The notes beneath the pieces are model-generated. The model was not told the origin of the DNA. It saw only the letters and a program-made list of their open reading frames with translations, and did no database searches. The translations under genes and the position numbers were made by a program. A stretch of 64,000 nt of DNA from NCBI RefSeq assembly GCF_009914755.1, contig NC_060935.1; one strand, 5' to 3'. Below, in pieces: positions 55,944-64,000 of the stretch. This DNA comes from the human T2T-CHM13v2.0 reference genome, Homo sapiens. Numbering within the stretch: the first letter of the stretch is position 1; each line of letters starts with the position of its first letter.

Positions 55944-57486
55944 TTTCTTAATAGGAGATATTCTGTTTCATTCTCATGGCAACCCAGCAGGAGTACATTT
56001 TGTTACTCCCATTTTCCGGATGAGGCAGCTGAGGTTTGGAACATTATTTTATGCCAGGCTGCACAACTAGTGAGTGTTGAGGCGGAGATGGAAAGTTTGG
56101 CCTAATTCATAACTGCCATCTTAATAATACACCTCGTTATCTCTCCCCACCCCCAGCAACTTTAGCCCTGAGTGCTGAAGAGACCACAAATGTGCTTCCT
56201 GTTCTCATGAACTGACCACCTCCAATGCACTGCCATTTGTGCCATTCTCATCCGCAACAAGCCCCAGGAGCTCTCGGGGGTCCTGGCCTCTAGAGACTGA
56301 AACATCTCAGCGGACACTCGTGCCTGCCTCTCTGTGGGGACTGATCTCCACCCTCAGCTCTGGGGAGTGGAACCCAAGTGCAATGGGGAGGGGCGGGTGA
56401 GCCTGAGACGGGCTCTGGGCTCCACACAGTGCCAACCCCCTCGGCACTGCTTGCTCCAGTATCAGTTGCATTTTTGCCGAGACAAGCAGCTTGCAGATCG
56501 CCTTGTCACATCCCATCACATCAGGGCCCCGCGTCGCTGCATGTGCCCCCTCCCTGGAGCCCCGTCGCTCGCTTCCTTTGTCTCTGTGCATGTCCCTCCG
56601 TTCTGCCTTTCCTGTGCCCCATGCCAATCTCTCTTTGTGCCGGGGCCTCTCTCTTGTCTGTCGGTACCGTCCCATCTTCATGCCCGCTTTTCTATTTGGG
56701 CTTTATCTGTGAGTCTCCTCCCCCTCGCCCCTTCTCCCGGAAGCTGGTGGTGAAAGAGGAGGGGAAGAAGGGCTGGCATGGCCTCCAGTTCAAAGAATGT
56801 CTCTTTTTGAGGGACTCTTGCCTAGTGCCCCCAAAAGCTAGAGGTCCACCCAGGAGACTAGAGGATGAAGGGGCCAAATATTCACGGAGGAGAAGGGAGC
56901 AGGCCTGCAGGAAGGGGATTTCTGTGTCTTTCCCACATTGCAGGATAAGCATGCAAATGAGATGCAAAACACCATACACACAAGTCCCCGTCATTTTGAG
57001 GCGAGCCCTTTGGAAATTGGGCTGCAGATTCCAAAGTCAAGCCACAAAGATGGGGCTGCACGGAGCAGCCCCGTCCCCTACTCTTATGACAGCACGGTTT
57101 CCCTCGGCATTGATTAATGCCATAAATATTTACTCGGCACCTCGTGTGTGTTAGGCACAGGGCCAGGCGCTGAAGACACAGGGGTGAATCGGGAGCCGGG
57201 TTGTTGCCCTCCCAGCTCCTGATCTCCTGGCCTTGCCCCACATGTGACAGACAAGTGGAAGTGGTCCTGGAGAGAGTCTCTGTGGGTCAGGGCAGAGCTC
57301 ATCACCAAACCACCAAACTCAGGGCAGAGCTCTGAGCGGCAGAGGCACACAGAATCAGAGCAGCCACCTAGACTGGTTCCTTTTCCAGAGGCCTAGAGAG
57401 GCTGCGAGATTTCATGAGTCTAATCCCAAAAGCCGGGTGTTCTGACTTAGCGTTCATCCCCGTTCCAAAAACTCCAATCTCAAGAC

Positions 57487-57703
57487 AGAGATTTTCAACT
57501 CGCAACCCGCAAACTTTTAGGAGGTTGTGAAATCCATTTGGTGAGTTGTGGCCAGCATTTAGAGAAATCAGAATTAGATAGAATAGAATAGAAAATTCCA
57601 GAGCGCCTTGCAACGAGCATGGTAGAAAATGCCAGTGTGCATCGCGCAGGCTGTGATAAGAACGTCTGTCTGGGCATTGTGGTCAAAGAGTTTGGAAACC
57701 ACT
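57487..57703. mobile_element. hAT-Charlie-like MITE (subfamily uncertain)
   Basis: cagagattttcaa ... tttggaaaccactg imperfect inverted termini; internal (tagaa)n. Confidence 0.5.
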
Positions 57704-58167
57704 GTTCAGAAAGCCTACCTCGAGGAGCGCCTCTCTGTGACCTCAGCATGGGTATGGGCATTCAACTGACCCCTTCTATGGGGTCCTGTAGCTGGAAGGA
57801 CACCGAGGCCAGGGGTTCAGAGTTTGAATTCTGGCTGTGCCTCCCACTGGTTAAATAGCTCTGGCAAGTCGCTTGGCTTCCCTAAGATTTGGTTTTCTCG
57901 CCTGTAAAAATAGGGGAAACAGCACACACCTCACAGGGCTATGACGGTCCCTGACAGAAACAAATGAGGGAATCCCAGATACACAGGAGGATTCAATAAA
58001 CACCAGTTTCTATCCCTCCCGAGAAGCTATAATCACCCCAAAAGAAGAATCCTCTATTCTGTTTAGAAATATTTTGTTTATAAATTATGTTCTGCCTGCT
58101 TTCAAATGTTGCGAGGTGGCCTATGACAAAAGATACATATGTACTCATTGATCAGATAGAATCCTCA

Positions 58168-58572
58168 GGCCGGGCGCAGTGGCACATACCTGCAATCCCA
58201 GCACTTTGGGAGGCTGAGGCGGGCAGCTCACCTGAGGTCAGGAGTTCAAGACCGGCCTAGCCAACATGGTGAAACCCTGTCTCTACTAAAAAAACACAAA
58301 AATTAGCCGGGCGTGGTGGCGCATGCCTATAATCCCAGCTGCTCAGGAGGTTGAGGCAGGAGAATTGCTTGAACCCAGGGGGCGGAAGTTACAGTTAGCC
58401 AAGATCATGCCATTGCACTCCAGCCTGGGCAACAAGAGAGAAACTCCGTCTCAGGAAAAAGAAAGAAAGGGAAGGGAAGGAAAGGGAAGGGAAGGGAGGA
58501 GGGAGGAGGGAGGGAGGGAGGGAGGGAGGGAGGGACGAAATAAAGAAAGAAAGGAAAAGAAAAGAAAGAAAG
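58168..58572 (+). mobile_element. AluS-like whose tail became a ~120-nt purine tract; TSD gatagaat(c/a)ctca
   Basis: TSD at 58155-58167 and 58573-58585 encloses the GAAA/GGGAA/GGGA tract. Confidence 0.95.
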
Positions 58573-58941
58573 GATAGAATACTCACAAGCACCTAGAGGC
58601 ATGGAAATGCAATCCCCCCACCCCCAGCAAAAGCAACACTAATAGTTACTATGTTTGAGTATCAGATTTTATCTATCAGCTTCCTGACAGGAAAGACAAA
58701 AAAAAAAGGAAAAAAAAGGGAAAAAGAGGGTGAGTCTCGTAGCCTCATTATTTGAAAATGAAAACATAGCAAAGAGGTCTTCCTTGGTGGTTTCAGTACC
58801 TGATTTCTTTAATCTCTTTCTCTGATTTCCCTGAGTACACAGGGGGCTCCTCCATCTGCGGTGGGGCGTGCCAAGTTCCAGGGATGGCCTGGTGTCCTCC
58901 CTTCCCAGCCTGCCCCGTTCTCCCCAGGCCCTCTCCCCTAC

Positions 58942-59088
58942 CTGTCACAGAGAGGCGTGCCCCATTGCTCTGCCGGGTCTCCCCGCTATACTTGTGCTTG
59001 GTGATGCAGCGATAGGTGGAGAGGGCGTCCTCCTTCTGTACGTCAGAGATGTACAGCCCGCCGTGGTAGGTAATAAAAAACCTGTGTT
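58942..59088 (-). CDS. DSCAML1: Exon 4 (147 nt, phase 1-1), C-terminal half of Ig2
   Basis: Acceptor tgtctccag|AACAC, donor ACAG|gtaggg; encodes [48 protein letters not shown]. Confidence 0.95.
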
Positions 59089-59408
59089 CTGGAGACACAA
59101 TCAGGACATAGTTCGTTACTTCCCGGTTTCGTACAGCCTCAGAGGCAGGGTAGCGTCTCTGACAGATGAGGATTTTCACACACAAACAAAATGACAAATA
59201 GAAATGGTAGTAATTGTTCCTTTCAGTGTAGATGCTCCAGGGTTTAACAGAAAGAAGCTGGGCTTTAGAGTTAGACTGAGATCTGGGTCCCGATCTGGCT
59301 TTTCTACTTATGGGCTGTGTGACCTTGGGAAAGTTACTTAACCTCTCTGAGCCTTATCTGTACAATAGGATACAAATAATTGGGTGGGTGTACAGATTTA
59401 AAAAATGG

Positions 59409-59755
<347 letters not shown>

Positions 59756-61140
59756 TCACTAAGTGAATATTAGTTCTCATCTTTCCTACCTCTTTGCAAG
59801 AGTTTGCAAAACTCTTTCATATTCCTTGCTCATTGGCTTTTACAACTGTTCGAGATGCTAACTCTATTTTACAAAGAAGGAAACTGAGGCTTGTAGTAAA
59901 GTAACTGGCCCAGGTCGCACAGCCAGGAAGTGGACTGGAACTTCTGACTCCCAGCTGTCCTTCTGCATGGAATTATACATAAGCCTCCATCCCCTTCTCT
60001 CAATTTAAATCCTTTATTCACTCAACAAATGATTATTGAGGCAAAGCTATACCAGGATGGGGACAAGGAGGGGCAGATACACAAAAATCATTCAAACAGT
60101 TCTCAAACACCCGTTGTGTGCAAGGCAGTGAAGAGGACAGGCACGGTGCTCTATGTCTCCTGCCACTGCCACAGCCATCTCTGCCCCGACTGTTGGGACC
60201 TAGCAGGAGAGCAGGAAGCACAGGTGGCAGCGTGCCCACTTTGCAGATTGCCACACAAGACCCCCCACTCCATCCCAGAGGGGAAGTGGATTTCCTTGTC
60301 TAAGGTCCTAAGGCTCACCCTGACCTTGAGCTGATAAAGGCTGATTTAAAGGAGAAAACTGGACTTGAGGGTTGGGGGGCGGGGTTTGCACTAGACTCCC
60401 TAAGCTCATGGATGTGTCCTCCCACTGAGGCCAGACTGAGATGGAGAGGAGAACACTGGGGTCCTCTGCCTCCTCTTTGGGGATTTCCCAGGCAGACCCG
60501 GAGGGCCCAGGCTGCCATTTCCATGGGAGGGGGCCTTGGAATCAGGATACTGATAGTGACTTCAAAGCTGCAGGGGAGAGGGTCATGCTGAACCCACAGG
60601 AAGAACCCGATAGCACCACATGTCAGGCTGGCAGAGGGAAACATTTTGGGCAGTTCCATGCCCTTCTAGCCCTATTATTTAGAGGTCTGCTACCTGAGGC
60701 CTAAGTGACATCCCCTCAGCCAAGATGAGAGCTCTGCTCTTGTGAGGAATATTCTGTGGTATCCCACCCATCTCCCTCCACCATCCCAAGCACAAGTCCA
60801 AGATTCTCAGCACCTGGAGGTGGGGACCTCACCGTAGGGCACCTTCTGCCACTGGAGGCCGTAGAACTGCAGGGCTGAAAAGCTGAGTGCACGACGATAT
60901 CTTTGACAAAGGTTCATCAGCCTTCGTTTGAATATCTCTGGGGCTGGGGAACTCCCTCCCTCACTCAGCAGCCCATTCCAAAGTTGACTTTTAGATCAGT
61001 CTTCCTTGGTGACCACTGATCTTCTTGGCGCTCCCTCTGTGTGTCCTGCTTTGACTCACTGGTGCCCCGCTGAACCAGCCGAAACCCGTGTTCCTGACAT
61101 ACTCCCTCATACACTGGAAGGCAGCTGTGATGCCCTTTGA

Positions 61141-61455
<315 letters not shown>

Positions 61456-64000
61456 GGATTTTATTTTTTAATAGTTATTTATTTAATATAGTTTCAAATA
61501 ACTTCATCAGTCTGGTCTCTTGCTTCTGAATGAACTTTGGTTTATCTACAATTCCAATTGCCCCTCCCTCCCTCCTTTCTTTCCTCCCTCCCGCACATCT
61601 CTGTATAGGACTGGACCTACCATGTGCCAGACACTGTGCCCCACTTTGAGAGCCTCTAAGATTAGACTTAGCCCATCAGAGCAGAGTAGAGCAAGACTAC
61701 CAACACCCAGCCTCAGCCTGCATCACCTTGTCATGGGGATGGTGTGGGAGGAGGGAGGCACCCCCGTTATACTACTCTCCTTGCAGTCAACTAAAGACCC
61801 TGGCCCTGTCTCTGTGAGCTGCTGCCATGCCACTTTCCCTCTCTCTGTCCTTGGACAGTGGTTATGTGGGCCAGAGTCTGGAACTTCCCATTGATCCCGG
61901 TTGAGCTACATCTTGTTGGGGATCCTCCCAGATGGGCACTCGGCCATCTGGCAGCCTGCCCGTCTTCTGGAACCTAGAGTTTGTGGACACCCCGCTCTGC
62001 CCGGCTCCAGCACACAGACCACAGCCGGGCAGACCCCGCAACTAGGCAGACCCCCACTCGGGGCTGTGGGTGAGGACGAGAAGGAAGGTGGAGGGCGCCA
62101 AGCCCTGCAGCTGGCTGTCAGAGGAACCGAGGAAGCACGGAGAAAGCCAGCTCCCCAGTGGACTCTGCATGTGCCGTTTTGTCTCCATGTTGTGACATCC
62201 CAAAGTCAAACGCGGAAGCTCTCTTGTAATTTATTATGTAACTGGGACTGGAATGCAGAACTACTGGAGGGCGTTGCTGCCAATCAGAAGTGCCAGTGTC
62301 GGGAGGTAGTGATGGTGGGGTGAGGAAAAGCAGGAAAGACACAGAAATCAATGCTCACAGCCGACAGGTGCTCCAGCCCTGGACAGCTAGGACCCTGTGA
62401 TCTTGCATCTCCCGGCACCTCAAGACAAACAGAGCACTTGGCCCTACGAGGATTTTAAACTAGGGGTGGGGGGTGGGGGGCTGATGCTGCCTTGATGGTT
62501 GTGGGGAGCTAGGGTTTCTATAGCAACAAGCAGCTGCTGCATCTGATGTTTCACATCCTTCATTGTCCTCATTTTCCCCTCCCTCCCCCCCTTCTTGTGC
62601 ATATTTAATTGCAGTAACGTTTTCAGACACAGTGTTTTGCTCCTCCTGAAACAAAGGCAGGCTGCAGCCAGGGGGATGCACAGCGCGAGAGGGGAAGGAG
62701 AAATCAGGGGTATGATGTTAGTCCCCTTGGGGGGGCTTGTGCAACATCAGTTCTGCATGTTTGATGAGCATCGGACGGTGGACCCTGCTGGGGAAGGAAG
62801 GAGCAAGAGGCATGTGGAGTGAGCCTCATACAGTGTGGAGAGCGGAGGGAGGCCCGGCCCGCTGTTTGGGGATGGAGACGGGCCAGGGTTGGACAACATG
62901 GCTGGCCTCCCGGGCTGGCAGCCCATGCTCTGCACCCCAGAGGCAACTAGCCATCCCTGGGAAGGGAGAAGAGTAGCTGGCCCACGTTCTCTGCTTTGAG
63001 GCAGGCTGGGTCCCACGGGAGAAGGAAAAAATGGCAGCCAGTACCTCCGGGTCCAGCACCAATCCTGAAGCCACTTGGACAGGTTGGGGGAGGTGGGACA
63101 TTTGGGGTTGACAGCATAATTTGGGGTTGCTAAGGGCATTTAGTGGTTAGGGGCTTGAGTCACAAAGAACTGTTCCACCCCAAATGCCAACAGTGTCCCT
63201 GTGGGTTTAGGCTGGAGGGTGCCATTCCTTTAGGCTGTAAGACCAAGACACAGAGCTACGTTTAAATGCTGACTGTGCCCTTGACATTGCTTGATTGATT
63301 GACATATTTCAAAGGCTGTGGTATCATCTATCTACATGCTTATGACTAGGGGAGTGGTTGGTTTCTGCTTTTCTTCCTTTTATTATTACTACAAAGACCC
63401 TGACCTGTTTTGCCATCCCCTTTTCTCTGTGATCTCGAGCAGGACTCTACTTTTTTTAAAGCTAAGTATTTATTGAGTAGCTATTACAAATTAGGCCAAT
63501 GACTTTACGTACATTATCTCATTTAATCCCCACAACCCTTTGAAATGGATACAATTATTATTAACTGAAGCACAGAGAAGTTACATAATCCATCCAAGGT
63601 CACACAGCTAGAAGGTGGTAGAGCCTGGACCATTAGTCGACTTCCTATGCTCTTCCAAAGCTCTGTGCTGGACTGACTCTCCTAGAATGACAGCACCACT
63701 CATAGGGACATATGGTCAGCCAGCCTCTGCCTGGTCGCTTCTGTCAATGAGGTCCTCACTGCCTCCTGGAGGAGCATTCATCCATCCAGCTCAGTTTGGC
63801 TGAATCTATCACGTCTTTCTGGAGTGTCTCCAGGTCTTGGTCTGGGCACCATGGGAGAAGTCCTGGACTTGGTCTCTGCCCTCTGGGATCCCACAGTTAG
63901 GAGACAATATCCTTCCACCATGGAAGGCGTGGCCGTCAGTGCTGGGGTACTGGGGAAGGCTGTGGAAGGTCTTGTGGAAGCTATGAGTAAAAGGAGCTGT

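Overview
This window is primate (most likely human) genomic DNA lying wholly inside the neural cell-adhesion gene DSCAML1, which is transcribed on the minus strand. I resolved 11 consecutive coding exons with GT-AG boundaries, numbered 4-14 by recalled DSCAM-family structure. Together they are 2274 nt (758 codons) in one continuous frame, running from the C-terminal half of Ig2 through Ig3-Ig9 to the first half of FN3-1. The introns contain about 20 Alus, MIR/L2 remnants, an MLT1 solo LTR, hAT/MER elements, CA/TG microsatellites and two minisatellites. Almost all ORFs in the supplied track are spurious. No new gene or system is proven. The best leads, all hypotheses needing RNA-seq, CLIP or ChIP tests, are: (1) two candidate cryptic exons each framed by dinucleotide repeats, a 53-nt poison exon and a 27-nt in-frame micro-exon; (2) an overlapping AATAAA / decoy U1 site / weak donor at the end of exon 7; (3) a 17x15-bp CpG-retaining tandem array carrying YY1 and ETS-like motifs; (4) inverted Alus bracketing phase-symmetric exon pairs that could form stop-free circRNAs.
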